Assembly: GCA_963741715.1 (NCBI GenBank)
Contig: CAVUJA010000001.1
Location: forward strand, 2,056,205-2,120,204
DNA from: an uncultured Acidobacteriota bacterium
GTDB taxonomy: Bacteria > Acidobacteriota > Vicinamibacteria > Vicinamibacterales > Fen-181
Length of the DNA stretch: 64,000 bases
Reading direction: 5' to 3'
The translations under genes were made by a program, and so were the position numbers. Positions 9,226 to 18,839 of the stretch are shown here, in pieces. A model generated the notes under the pieces. It searched no databases. It was not told where the DNA came from and was given only the letters and a program-made list of their open reading frames with translations. Every line of letters begins with the position of its first letter. Positions within the stretch are counted from its first letter, which is position 1.

Positions 9226-9403
9226 CTGGATGCCTTGAGGGGCTGGAATCCTTGCGAATGAGTCAAGTTCTCGCGACGCCATCCGGGCCCCTCAAGGCAT
9301 CTAGAGCCCCGCGCTCGCGCGGGGCCAGCCAACAGCGTTTCTGGTCTAGCGAGGCGGGCGTCGTCGCCGGACATGCTTGGCGGTCCGAGGCCCGCCTCGC
9401 TGG
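9226..9403 (+). repeat. structured intergenic repeat element, copy A (about 178 bp, three nested hairpins)
   Basis: About 90% identical by eye over about 133 bp to the reverse complement of 27909-28080. Hairpin 1 is gatgccttgagggg...cccctcaaggcatc, hairpin 2 is gccccgcgc-tcg-cgcggggc, and hairpin 3 is agcgaggcggg...cccgcctcgct. Confidence 0.85.
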
Positions 9404-9426
9404 ACTGCTGCACGGAAGGACGCGAC

Positions 9427-10359
9427 ATGCTCAACATTGCCCCCGACATCACCGCGCTCGTCGGACGCACGCCGCTCGTACGCCTCAACCGCATCGGCGC
9501 CAACCTGCCCGGCCGCCTGGTGGCCAAGCTCGAAAGCTTCAACCCCTGCGGCAGCGTCAAGGACCGGATTGGCGTGTCGATGATCGAGGCGGCCGAACGT
9601 GAGGGACACATCCGTCCCGACACCATCCTGCTCGAAGCCACGAGCGGCAACACGGGCATCGCCCTCGCATTCACCGCGGCCGCCCGCGGCTACCGGCTCG
9701 TCCTGCTGATGCCCGACACCATGAGCCTCGAGCGGAGGAAGATGCTCAAGGCGCTCGGCGCCGAGTTGGTGCTCACCCCGGGGGCCGAGGGCATGCCGGG
9801 CGCGATCCGGCGGGCCGCAGAACTGGCGGAGGGCGATTCCCGCTACGTGCTGATGCGTCAGTTCTCCAATCCCGCGAACCCCGACGTTCACCGCCGGACG
9901 ACGGCCGAGGAGATCTGGAAGGACACCGACGGCCAGGTCGACTTCCTGGTCGCCGGCGTCGGCACCGGAGGCACCGTGACGGGGGTCGGCGAGGTGATCA
10001 AGGCGCGCAAGCCTTCGTTCAAGATCGTCGCCGTGGAACCCGCCGCCTCGCCGGTGCTCTCGGGCGGCAAGCCGGGGCCCCACAAGATCCAGGGCCTGGG
10101 CGCCGGCTTCGTGCCCGAGATCCTCCGCACCGACTTGATTGACGAGGTCATCACGGTCTCGAACGAAGCGTCCGGGGACATGGCGCGCCGCCTCGCCAAG
10201 GAAGAGGGCATCGTGTCGGGAATCTCCTGCGGTGCCGCGACGGTCGGCGGGGTGGAGGTGGCCAAGCGCGAGGAGAACCGCGGCAAGTTGATCGTCGTCG
10301 TGCTGCCCGACACCGGGGAGCGCTACCTGAGCACCTGGCTCTTCGAGGATCAAGCATGA
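9427..10359 (+). CDS. cysK: cysteine synthase A (O-acetylserine sulfhydrylase)
   Basis: [22 protein letters not shown]...[11 protein letters not shown] contains the PLP lysine, and SGNTG is present. An SD, ggaagga, lies upstream of the ATG at 9427. Confidence 0.92.
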   Translation: MLNIAPDITALVGRTPLVRLNRIGANLPGRLVAKLESFNPCGSVKDRIGVSMIEAAEREGHIRPDTILLEATSGNTGIALAFTAAARGYRLVLLMPDTMSLERRKMLKALGAELVLTPGAEGMPGAIRRAAELAEGDSRYVLMRQFSNPANPDVHRRTTAEEIWKDTDGQVDFLVAGVGTGGTVTGVGEVIKARKPSFKIVAVEPAASPVLSGGKPGPHKIQGLGAGFVPEILRTDLIDEVITVSNEASGDMARRLAKEEGIVSGISCGAATVGGVEVAKREENRGKLIVVVLPDTGERYLSTWLFEDQA

Positions 10360-11303
10360 GCGAGGCACCAGACCGCCGGCTGACGGTGGATGGCGGCGGC
10401 GACGCGCCCCGCCTGTCGCTCTCCGCCGTGGTCCGGCACATGTGCTCAGACGCCGACGGCCTGATCAGGCCGGGGTCGAAGGCGCCGCACCCCAACCTGC
10501 CGTCCCGTGAAGCGCTCGCGCACATGGTGGACGGCTTTCGCTCGGTCTTGTTTCCGGGCTACTTCTTCACCCAGCGCGAGCCCACGGCCGAAGCGCTCGA
10601 GTTCCACGTCGGCGCGACGCTCGACCGGGTGATGCGCGTGCTCACCGAGCAGGTGCACCGCGCGCTGTGCTTCGCGTGCGCGGAACGCGGGCCGGACCGG
10701 TGCACCGACTGCGAGGAGCGGGCCGACGAGATCGCCAGGCGGTTCCTCGCCCGCCTGCCCGACGTCCGGCGGCTGCTGGCGGGCGACGTCCACGCCGCCT
10801 ACGACGGCGACCCCGCGGCGACGAGCCCTGCCGAGACGATCCTCTGCTACCCGGGGGTGCTCGCGCTCACCTGTCAGCGCCTCGCGCACGAACTCTACGT
10901 GCTGGGCGTGCCGCTGCTGCCGCGCATGATCACCGAGCACGCGCACACGCTCACCGGAATCGACATCCACCCCGGCGCCAGCATCGGCGAGCGCTTCTTC
11001 ATCGACCACGGCACCGGCGTCGTGATCGGCGAGACCTCCGAGATTGGCAACGGCGTGCGCCTCTACCAGGGCGTCACGCTCGGCGCCCGCAGCTTTCCGC
11101 TGGACGAGCAGGGGCGCCCGGTGAAGGGCGTCCCGCGCCACCCGATCGTCGAGGACGACGTCATCGTGTACAGCGGGGCGACGATCCTCGGGAGGATTAC
11201 CGTGGGCGCGGGCTCGATCATCGGCGGAAACGTGTGGCTCACCCGCAGCGTGCCGCCGGGCAGCCGGATCCAGCAGAAGACGGGGACGCGGACCGCGGAG
11301 TGA
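10356..11303 (+). CDS. cysE: serine O-acetyltransferase (long N-terminal form)
   Basis: The hexapeptide-repeat core reads [43 protein letters not shown]. An ATGA overlap couples it to the cysK stop. Confidence 0.88.
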   Translation: MSEAPDRRLTVDGGGDAPRLSLSAVVRHMCSDADGLIRPGSKAPHPNLPSREALAHMVDGFRSVLFPGYFFTQREPTAEALEFHVGATLDRVMRVLTEQVHRALCFACAERGPDRCTDCEERADEIARRFLARLPDVRRLLAGDVHAAYDGDPAATSPAETILCYPGVLALTCQRLAHELYVLGVPLLPRMITEHAHTLTGIDIHPGASIGERFFIDHGTGVVIGETSEIGNGVRLYQGVTLGARSFPLDEQGRPVKGVPRHPIVEDDVIVYSGATILGRITVGAGSIIGGNVWLTRSVPPGSRIQQKTGTRTAE

Positions 11304-11318
11304 CGGGCGACGGGGCGG

Positions 11319-12089
11319 CTACCGCCCGCCCTCCCGCCACGGATAGCCTGGAATCGCCGACCCGAGCTCCTCGCGCTCGACGTCGCGCCATTCTCCCGGC
11401 GCCAGCGCGCCCAGCGTGAACCCGCCGAAGGAGACGCGCCGAAGCCGCGTCACCTCGTGGCCGACGGCCTCGAACAGGCGCCGAATCTCGCGGTTCCGAC
11501 CTTCTTGCAGCCGCACGACCAGGTGCGTCTCCCGACCGGACCGCTTTCGCACCTGGACGTCGTCTGCCGCCAGGCGCCCGCCGCCCGCTTCCACGCCGGC
11601 CGTCAACGTGATCGCAGACTCGTCACTCAGCTCTCCGCGCACCGTGGCCGTGTAGACCCGCGGCACCGCGTTCGCCGGATCGGTCAGCCAGTCGGCCAGG
11701 CGCGTGTCGGTGGTGAGGAGGAGGAGGCCCGAGGTGGCGAGGTCGAGCCGGCCGACGGCCACCAGGTGCCCATCGACGCCGGTCACCAGGTCGAACACGG
11801 TCGGGCGCCCTCGCTCGTCGCGTCGCGTCGTAACGACGCCGCGCGGTTTGTTGAGGAGGACGAGGCGCCAGGCGGCGCGGACGCAGGAACGGCCGTCGAC
11901 GGCCACGACGATGCGTTCGGGCACGACGAGCGCGTCCGGGTCGCGCACCGTCCGGCCGTCCACCTCCACCCGCCCGCTGGCAATGAGCCGCGTGGCCTCG
12001 GCGCGGGAAGCGATCCCGAGCTTCGAGAGCGCACGGTTCAACGGGACACGTCCCGCGCCGGCGCGCGGTCGTCGCAGGTGTGGAGCCAT
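11319..12089 (-). CDS. rRNA pseudouridine synthase (RsuA/RluB family, S4 domain)
   Basis: An S4-like N-terminus (LNRALSKLGIASRAEATRLIASGRVEVDG) and the catalytic motif GRLDLATSGLLLLTTD are present. Confidence 0.85.
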   Translation of the reverse strand: MAPHLRRPRAGAGRVPLNRALSKLGIASRAEATRLIASGRVEVDGRTVRDPDALVVPERIVVAVDGRSCVRAAWRLVLLNKPRGVVTTRRDERGRPTVFDLVTGVDGHLVAVGRLDLATSGLLLLTTDTRLADWLTDPANAVPRVYTATVRGELSDESAITLTAGVEAGGGRLAADDVQVRKRSGRETHLVVRLQEGRNREIRRLFEAVGHEVTRLRRVSFGGFTLGALAPGEWRDVEREELGSAIPGYPWREGGR

Positions 12090-12133
12090 CGACGCCTATG
12101 CTACCCTGCTCGGAACCCGGCGAGAGGTGAGAC

Positions 12134-12916
12134 GTGCCCAGGTACCGGCTGACAATCGAATACGCCGGCACGCGGTATAGCGGCTGGCAGGTGCAGAAGA
12201 ACGCGAGGACGGTCCAGGGGGAACTCCTGCGCGCCGTGCGGGAGGCGACCGGAGCGGCGGCCCCCGACCTGCAGGGGTCGGGCCGCACCGATGCCGGCGT
12301 CCACGCGCTCCAACAGGTCGCGCACCTCGACCTCCCGAAAGCCGCCCAGCCCGAAATGCTGCGCCGGCAGGTCAACGACCTTCTTCCCGCCGACATCAAC
12401 GTGCTTCGGGTCGAGCCCGTTCCGCACCGCTTCCACGCGCGGCACGACGCCGTCTCGCGCAGCTACGTCTACCAGGTGGCGCGCCGCCGCACGGCCTTCG
12501 CCAAGCCGTTCGTCTGGTGGGTAAAAGAGGAGATCGACATCGGGGCGATGCGAGACGCGGCGGGGGCGTTCATCGGCATGCACGACTTCCGTTCGTTCAC
12601 CGACAGCGACCCGGACGAAACGTCCACACGGGTCCAGTTGGGCGCCATCGAGATCGAGGAAGCAGGCGCGCTGGTGCTCGTTCGCGTCGTCGGATCGCAC
12701 TTCGTGTGGAAGATGGTGCGTCGGCTGGTGGGCGTGCTGGTGGACGTGGGACGCGGGCGCCTGACCGTGGCCGACGTGGAAGGCTTCCTCGAGGTACCGT
12801 CGCCGATACCGGCCCGCCTCACCGCACCCGCGTCGGGCCTGTTCCTCGAACGGGTGGTGTACGCCGGCGAGCCGCCGCCCGGGCCGCTGACCCCGGTGAC
12901 GCCGATCGCCAACTGA
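12134..12916 (+). CDS. truA: tRNA pseudouridine(38-40) synthase
   Basis: The protein starts MPRYRLTIEYAGTRYSGWQVQ and carries the catalytic Asp motif GSGRTDAGVHA. Confidence 0.9.
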   Translation: MPRYRLTIEYAGTRYSGWQVQKNARTVQGELLRAVREATGAAAPDLQGSGRTDAGVHALQQVAHLDLPKAAQPEMLRRQVNDLLPADINVLRVEPVPHRFHARHDAVSRSYVYQVARRRTAFAKPFVWWVKEEIDIGAMRDAAGAFIGMHDFRSFTDSDPDETSTRVQLGAIEIEEAGALVLVRVVGSHFVWKMVRRLVGVLVDVGRGRLTVADVEGFLEVPSPIPARLTAPASGLFLERVVYAGEPPPGPLTPVTPIAN

Positions 12917-13001
12917 CCTCCCTCGTCCCTCGTCCCCCGTCCCTCGTCCCTCGTCCCTGTTAACTCTTCCTTCTTCCCTCTTCCCTCTTCCCTCTTCCCT
13001 G
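12917..13001. repeat. 7-bp tandem arrays (CCCTCGT x5, then CCCTCTT x4)
   Basis: They fill the convergent gap between the truA stop (12916) and the amidohydrolase stop (13002). Confidence 0.9.
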
Positions 13002-14726
13002 CTACTTCTTGTACCTGATCTTCCCCCCGACGATCGTGTAGAGAACGTCGGCCTTCTGGATTTCCTCCTCGGGAACGGTCGTGATGTCGGCCGAGAGAAC
13101 CGTGATGTCGGCAAGCTTGCCCGGCGTGATCGAGCCGAGCTTCTGCTCCTGGAACGCGGCGTAGGCGCCGTTCAGCGTGTAGGCCTTCAACGCCTCGGCC
13201 CTCGACATTCGCTGGTCGCCGTAGAACACCTCGCCGTTCTTCTGCCGGCGGGTGACGAGCGCGTAGTAGCCTGGCAGCGGATCGACCGCCTCCACGGGCG
13301 CGTCGGTGCCGTTGGCGACGACAGCCCCGGACTTCATCAGCTTCTGCCAGACGTACGCGCCCTCCTCGGCGCGCCGCGCGCCGAGCCGCGCCACCACGAA
13401 CGGGGCGTCGGACGTGCAGTGAATGCCCTGCATGGTGGCGACGACGCCGAGTTGGCCGAAGCGGGGAATGTCGGCCGCGTTGATGTGCTGCGCGTGCGTG
13501 ATCCGCCAGCGCAGGTCCTTCTTGTCAGGGTGGGCCTCGAACGCTTCCTTGTACACGTCGAGCGTCTCGCGGTTGGCGCGGTCGCCGATCGCGTGCGTCT
13601 CCACTTGAAAGCCGTTCTCGATCGCCCACCGCACGGTTGCCCGCATCTCCTCCGGCGCCACGGTATTGAGGCCGGTGCTGGTCGGAAGGTCGGCGTACGG
13701 CTCCAGCAGCCACGCGCCGCGCGAGCCGAGCGCGCCGTCCATCAACCGCTTGATGGTCCGCACGGTCAGGTGACCGTGGCCGGCGTCCACCATCCGGTAT
13801 TTCGTGCCGCTCTCGGCCAGCCGCGCCGCGCTCTCGTTGAGCATGACGTAGAGCCGGACGTTCAGCTTCCCCTGCTCCACCAGCTTCGTGTACACATCGA
13901 CCGTCGAGAAGCCAACCCCCCCGTCGTGCACCGATGCCACGCCCTTGGAGATGAACTCGCGGTCGGCCATCTCGGCCTCGCGCGCCGCGTCGGCCTCCAC
14001 CTCGTCCGGGCTTCGCTTCGCGCGTGCGTCTGCCAGCGCCCGTTGCACCAGCCCGGACGCCCGCTCCTTGAACACCCCGATGGGATTGCCGGCCGTGTCC
14101 TTCACGATCTCGCCGCCGAAGGGATTCGGCGTCGTCCGCGTGATGCCGGCCAGTTCCATCGCCTTCCGGTTGGCGATCGTGGCGTGGCCGCTCGCGTGCG
14201 TGAGCAGCACCGGGTTGTTCGGCGACGCCTTGCTGAGCATCTCGTGCGTGGGGAACCCCTCCACGGCGCCGGCCGGCAGGTGGTCCCACTTCTCCTGGTG
14301 CCATCCGCGGCCGAGGATCCACTCGCCCGGCCGAGCCTTCGCGGCGGAGGCGGCAACCATCGCGACGATCTGCTCCCAGGTCCGGGCTTTCATCAGGTCG
14401 AGATTCAGCTTCGACTCGCCGACGCCCGTGAAGTGCGCGTGGGAGTCGATGAACGCCGGCATGGCGAACCGCCCGGCCAGGTCGATGATCTCCGTCTTCT
14501 GGCCGATGTACTCCTTGATCTCGGCGACCGTTCCGACCGCCACGATCGTGTCGCCGCGCACCGCCAGCGCGGAGGCGGTGGGCTTCGTCTCGTCCACGGT
14601 CGCGATGCGCCCGTTCGTGAGGACGAGGTCGGCGGGTTCGACGCGCGGGCCGCACGCCTGCGCCATCGTGACCAGGAAGGCGAGAAGCGAGAGGCGCATG
14701 GACCACGAACGCATCCGGCAACGCAT
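13002..14726 (-). CDS. secreted or lipoprotein amidohydrolase (Amidohydro_3 / YtcJ-like metal hydrolase)
   Basis: FIDSHAHF is a metal-binding HxH motif, and the family is a long TIM-barrel hydrolase. The N-terminal MRLSLLAFLVTMAQAC resembles a lipobox, so the true start may be 14699. Confidence 0.75.
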   Translation of the reverse strand: MRCRMRSWSMRLSLLAFLVTMAQACGPRVEPADLVLTNGRIATVDETKPTASALAVRGDTIVAVGTVAEIKEYIGQKTEIIDLAGRFAMPAFIDSHAHFTGVGESKLNLDLMKARTWEQIVAMVAASAAKARPGEWILGRGWHQEKWDHLPAGAVEGFPTHEMLSKASPNNPVLLTHASGHATIANRKAMELAGITRTTPNPFGGEIVKDTAGNPIGVFKERASGLVQRALADARAKRSPDEVEADAAREAEMADREFISKGVASVHDGGVGFSTVDVYTKLVEQGKLNVRLYVMLNESAARLAESGTKYRMVDAGHGHLTVRTIKRLMDGALGSRGAWLLEPYADLPTSTGLNTVAPEEMRATVRWAIENGFQVETHAIGDRANRETLDVYKEAFEAHPDKKDLRWRITHAQHINAADIPRFGQLGVVATMQGIHCTSDAPFVVARLGARRAEEGAYVWQKLMKSGAVVANGTDAPVEAVDPLPGYYALVTRRQKNGEVFYGDQRMSRAEALKAYTLNGAYAAFQEQKLGSITPGKLADITVLSADITTVPEEEIQKADVLYTIVGGKIRYKK

Positions 14727-14819
14727 GGGAAGCTCCTTGCCGGGGCCATCGGCGCCGGCGGAGGCAGATTGTAACGCGCGGGCCTCTACTGAAGCTACGG
14801 CGGGTGCCGCAGCTCGGCG

Positions 14820-16370
14820 GTGGCGAAGGCGGTATCATGCTCGGGTCGCCCTGCGCCCCCGTCGAGGAGCGACGTGCGTCGGGCAACCGCGGCCTTGTCG
14901 CGCGATACACGACGCCAGCCACGGGCCGCGACCCGGGAGAGGATCTTCGTGGGGCTGTTCACATCGTTCCAGTTGAAGTCGCGCGACGCCGACACCAGGA
15001 AGCGTGCGGCGATCTCGCTCGGCGTTCGGGGCAGGAGGTCTGCGATCCCGATGCTGCAGCCACTGCTCGACGACCCCGAGTGGCCGGTGCGGCAGGCGGC
15101 GGTGGACGCGCTCGGTGCGATCGGCGACGCGTCCGCCGTGCCGCTGCTGATCGCCGCCGTGAAGCAGGCCGACCAGGTGCGCGACGAGGCGGGCGCCAGC
15201 GCGCTGCGGGCGTCGGCGGTCGAGGCATTCGGGCGAATCGGCGCGGCCGGGGTGGCGCCGTTGCTCGAGGCGCTGCGCGACAAGCACGCGAAGCTGCGCG
15301 AATCGGCCATCGCGGCGCTCGGCGCCGTCGGCGGCGACCGGGCGGCGGCCGCGCTGGCCGAGACGCTGCGCGACGAGCGGTCGAGCGTCAGGCAGGCCGG
15401 CGCGTCGGCGCTGGCCCGCGCGGCGGGCGTCGCAGCCGTGCCCGCGCTGAGGGAGGCGCTGAACCACAAGGACCCGACGACGCGGAGGTGCTGCGCGAGC
15501 GCGCTGGGCGCACTCGACTCGGCCGAGTCGGTGGCCGCGCTGCGCCATGCGCTGGCCGACCGCGACAAGTCGGTGCGCGAGGCCGCCGTCGACGCCCTCG
15601 CCGCGCTCGGCAGCCGCGCGGCGATCGCCGGGCTGGTGGCGGAGCTGCCGGCGGCGGATCGGGAGTTGAAGGGCACGATCGCGGCCCGGCTGAAGGCGAT
15701 GACCTGGACGCCCGCCGACGCGGACGAGCGCGTCGTCCATGCCGCGCTGCACGGCCGATACGAGGAGGCGGCCGCGGAAGGCGCGGCGGCGGTGGACGCC
15801 CTCGTGGCGGCGCTGGCGGACCGCGACCCCGGCGCGCGCCGCGGCGCAGCCGGCGCGCTCGGACGCCTGGGCGATCCCCGCGCCGCCGCGGCGCTGGTCG
15901 CCCTCTTCAAGGACGGCGACGCCTCGGTGAGAGAGGCCGCCGTCGGGGCGGTCGGGAGCATCGGGCTGCCCGCGGCCGACGCCGTGCTCGACGCGCGGCG
16001 GGACAGGAGCGCGACGGTCAGGACGGCGGCGGCCGCCGCGCTCTCGCGAATCGGCCACGCACGCGTCGCGGCCGCGCTCGTCGCCCGCCTCTGCTCGGGG
16101 TCGCCCGCCCGGCACGCCGGCCGCGACCTGCGCGTCGTCGCCACGCGCGCCGAACTCGACGCCGCCCGTGCGGCGGCCGACGCGCTCGAACGCCTGCTGG
16201 AACACGGCGCCGCGGAGCTGCCGCCCGATTCGGTGCGGCGCTGCGCGGAACTGGCCGACGTCATCCTGATCGAACCCGGAGAGGCGCCGGGGCAGAGCGA
16301 GACGGTGGATCTGGAGGCGGCCAGGCAGTCCGCGCACGACGAGATGCGCCGGCGGGGCAGCGGGCAGTAG
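14820..16370 (+). CDS. HEAT-repeat (PBS-lyase-like) protein
   Basis: There are more than 10 tandem copies of the D..VR..AA.ALG.IGD..A...L pattern. The GTG start is uncertain. Confidence 0.7.
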   Translation: MAKAVSCSGRPAPPSRSDVRRATAALSRDTRRQPRAATRERIFVGLFTSFQLKSRDADTRKRAAISLGVRGRRSAIPMLQPLLDDPEWPVRQAAVDALGAIGDASAVPLLIAAVKQADQVRDEAGASALRASAVEAFGRIGAAGVAPLLEALRDKHAKLRESAIAALGAVGGDRAAAALAETLRDERSSVRQAGASALARAAGVAAVPALREALNHKDPTTRRCCASALGALDSAESVAALRHALADRDKSVREAAVDALAALGSRAAIAGLVAELPAADRELKGTIAARLKAMTWTPADADERVVHAALHGRYEEAAAEGAAAVDALVAALADRDPGARRGAAGALGRLGDPRAAAALVALFKDGDASVREAAVGAVGSIGLPAADAVLDARRDRSATVRTAAAAALSRIGHARVAAALVARLCSGSPARHAGRDLRVVATRAELDAARAAADALERLLEHGAAELPPDSVRRCAELADVILIEPGEAPGQSETVDLEAARQSAHDEMRRRGSGQ

Positions 16371-16388
16371 TAGGCAGTAGGCAGTGAG
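16363..16388. repeat. short 7-bp array (GTAGGCA x3)
   Basis: The sequence reads gcagtagtaggcagtaggcagtgaggg. It overlaps the HEAT gene stop in a convergent gap. Confidence 0.6.
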
Positions 16389-16457
16389 GGCTGGGGCCGT
16401 GCCGCGCGCTGGCCGCGGATTACGGGCGCCCGGGCGGGCGGCGGATCGAGAGCGGGC

Positions 16458-17333
16458 TCACGCCCGACGCACCAGGTCGAGGAACGCCGTGGCCGCGTGG
16501 CTGAGAGCGCGGCGCGCCGGATAGATCAGCCGGATCTTCCGCATCAGTTTCAGCTCCTTCACCGCCACCTCGCAGAGCGTTCGCCGCTCGATCTCCTGCT
16601 CCACGCACATGCGAGGCAGGAACGCCACCCCCTCGTTCGCCTGCACCAGCTTGCGGATCGTCTCGACCGTCGGCATCTCGACGTCCATGTTCAGCGTGAC
16701 CTTGTGCTGCTCGAAGGCCCGCAGCACCAGGTTGCGGTACGGGGATACGACGTTGTGCGCGATGAACGTCTCCATGCCCAGGTCGCGAATCGAGACGGCC
16801 TTGCGCGACGCGAGGCGGTGGCGCGGCGAGACGACGAACGCGAGGTGGTCGGTGTAGATGACGGTCGCGGTAATCCTGGGATCCTGCGGGTCGTAGCTGA
16901 TGACGCCGAGCTCCAGATCGCCGTCGACGAGCTGGCCCGGCAGCTTGCTCGAGAGGCTCCGCCGCACCTGCACGTGCACGCGCGGGTACACCTTCCGGTA
17001 GGCGGCGATGTGGGGCAGCAGGTAGAGCGTGGTCGACTCGTTCGCGCCGACCGTCAGGCGGCCGGCGGAGTTGTCGCGCAACTCGGCGAGCGCGTTGTCG
17101 AGGCCCGCCTTGAGGTTGTCGAAGCGCCGCGCGTGGTCGAGGACGATGCGGCCGGCGTCGGTCAGCAGCAGGTCCTTCCCCGCCCGATCGATCAGGCGTT
17201 CGCCCAGCTCGGCCTCGAGGCGCTGCACGGCCAGCGACACCGCGGGCTGCGTCCGAAACAGCTTCTCCGCCGCGCGCGAAAAGCTGCGCTCCGTCGCGAC
17301 GGCCTGGAACACCTGCAGCGCGTACCACTCCAT
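16458..17333 (-). CDS. LysR-family transcriptional regulator
   Basis: An N-terminal wHTH (MEWYALQVFQAVATERSFSRAAEKLFRTQPAVSLAVQRLE) is present. The gene is divergent from leuA. Confidence 0.9.
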   Translation of the reverse strand: MEWYALQVFQAVATERSFSRAAEKLFRTQPAVSLAVQRLEAELGERLIDRAGKDLLLTDAGRIVLDHARRFDNLKAGLDNALAELRDNSAGRLTVGANESTTLYLLPHIAAYRKVYPRVHVQVRRSLSSKLPGQLVDGDLELGVISYDPQDPRITATVIYTDHLAFVVSPRHRLASRKAVSIRDLGMETFIAHNVVSPYRNLVLRAFEQHKVTLNMDVEMPTVETIRKLVQANEGVAFLPRMCVEQEIERRTLCEVAVKELKLMRKIRLIYPARRALSHAATAFLDLVRRA

Positions 17334-17427
17334 CTCTGCCCCCTCGCGAACCGGCTTCGCTCGCCCGCCCCCCGGCGTTCGGCGCGCCGCGTGCCAGCCG
17401 CGGCCCGGACGCCTTGGCCGAAACCAC

Positions 17428-17497
17428 CTATCAGCGACAGTTATGACATTATGCCAAATTATCTACATTCGCATCATTATAAATTTGCCAAATGAGT
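17428..17497. promoter_or_regulatory. AT-rich divergent promoter/operator island between lysR and leuA
   Basis: This is the only strongly AT-rich stretch I noticed in this window. It carries a duplicated TGCCAAAT motif at 17452-17459 and 17486-17493, and a possible TTATGA-N17-TACATT promoter facing leuA. Confidence 0.45.
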
Positions 17498-17540
17498 TCG
17501 GAACGGGCGATAGTCACCGGAACTCCTGGAGGGGAGACCC

Positions 17541-18701
17541 ATGGCCCAACACGTCCAGATCTTCGACACCACCCTGCGCGACGGCGAACAGTCGCCGGGC
17601 TGCAGCATGCACGTCCGCGAGAAGCGGCGCATGGCGGCGAAGCTCGTCGATCTCGGCGTGGACATCCTCGAGGCCGGTTTCCCGATCGCCTCCGAAGGCG
17701 ATTTCGAGTCGGTTCGCCTGGTCGCGGGCGAAACCCACGGCGTGACGGTGGCCGCGCTGGCCAGGGCGTGCGAGGCCGACATCACCCGCGCGGCCCGCGC
17801 GCTGGAAGGCGCGGAGCGGCCGCGCATCCACACGTTCATCGCCACGAGCGACAACCACCTCAAGTACAAGCTCCGCAAGACGCGCGCGCAGGTGCTGGAC
17901 GAGGCCGTCGCGGCCGTCCGCCTCGCGCGTCGCTACGTGGACGACGTCGAGTTCTCGGCCGAGGACGCGACGAGAACCGAGATCGACTTCCTGCGGCAGG
18001 TGACGCGGGCGACGATCGAGGCCGGCGCGTCGACCGTCAACATCCCCGACACCGTCGGCTACTGCACCCCGGAGGAATTCGGCGGCACCATCGCGGGCCT
18101 GGTGGCCGACGCCGGCGACACCGCGGCGATCAGCGTGCACTGCCACAACGACCTCGGCCTGGCGGTGGCCAATTCGCTGGCCGCCGTGCGCGCCGGGGCG
18201 CGCCAGGTCGAGTGCACCATCAACGGCATCGGCGAGCGCGCGGGCAACTGCGCCCTCGAGGAGATCGTGATGATCCTGGAGGTCAGGCGAGACCTTCTGC
18301 CTTACCGGACGAACATCAACACCCCGCAGCTGTTCCCCGCCAGCCAGCTCCTGAGCAGCCTGATCGCCTTCGGGCCGCAGCCGAACAAGTCGATCGTGGG
18401 GCGCAACGCGTTCGCCCACGAGGCCGGCATCCACCAGGACGGCGTCCTCAAGGAGCGGACGACGTACGAGATCATCGACCCCGCCGCGGTTGGCGTCCCC
18501 GAGAGCCGGCTGGTGCTGGGCAAGCACAGCGGGCGCCACGCGCTGCGCTCCCGTCTCCAGGACCTCGGCTTCCAGCTCACGCCCGAGCAGCTCGACGCGG
18601 TCTACCGCCAGTTCACCGCGCTGGCCGACCGCAAGAAGGGGCTGACGGACGAAGAGATTGGCGAGCTCGCCTCCGCGTATCGGCTCCAGGCCGCCAGCTG
18701 A
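17541..18701 (+). CDS. leuA: 2-isopropylmalate synthase family (short form without the C-terminal regulatory domain)
   Basis: [13 protein letters not shown] and [17 protein letters not shown]...[13 protein letters not shown] motifs are present. At 386 aa it is followed by leuB-leuC-leuD. Confidence 0.8.
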   Translation: MAQHVQIFDTTLRDGEQSPGCSMHVREKRRMAAKLVDLGVDILEAGFPIASEGDFESVRLVAGETHGVTVAALARACEADITRAARALEGAERPRIHTFIATSDNHLKYKLRKTRAQVLDEAVAAVRLARRYVDDVEFSAEDATRTEIDFLRQVTRATIEAGASTVNIPDTVGYCTPEEFGGTIAGLVADAGDTAAISVHCHNDLGLAVANSLAAVRAGARQVECTINGIGERAGNCALEEIVMILEVRRDLLPYRTNINTPQLFPASQLLSSLIAFGPQPNKSIVGRNAFAHEAGIHQDGVLKERTTYEIIDPAAVGVPESRLVLGKHSGRHALRSRLQDLGFQLTPEQLDAVYRQFTALADRKKGLTDEEIGELASAYRLQAAS

Positions 18702-18721
18702 CCGGCCGCCGGGCGGCGGTC

Positions 18722-18829
18722 GTGCAGAATGCGCAGTGCCGATGCACAATGAAGGGTGAAAGCGAGGGGACGCGGGGCCGCGCGAGCCTGTCCTGCGTCC
18801 TGCACGCGTTGTACTGCATCGCGCATTGA
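18722..18829. repeat. two short opposed heptamer-like arrays of the GCATTNT family
   Basis: The left arm is gcagaat gcgcagt gccgatg cacaatg. The right arm is tgcacgc gttgtac tgcatcg cgcattg. The arms are only imperfectly complementary. Confidence 0.55.
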
Positions 18830-18839
18830 TCGGTAACCC

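Noticed and set aside
9120-9602. ORF 9120-9602(+) and ORF 9141-9674(-) spanning structured repeat copy A.
   Set aside because: They run through a non-coding repeat found in the opposite orientation elsewhere and into the cysK start. No protein-like features are present.
17443-17745. An Ile-rich peptide (MTLCQIIYIRIIINLPNE...) upstream of leuA as a branched-chain amino acid leader peptide.
   Set aside because: The frame does not terminate until 17745, well inside leuA, and no terminator follows. The Ile codons simply reflect the AT-rich promoter island.
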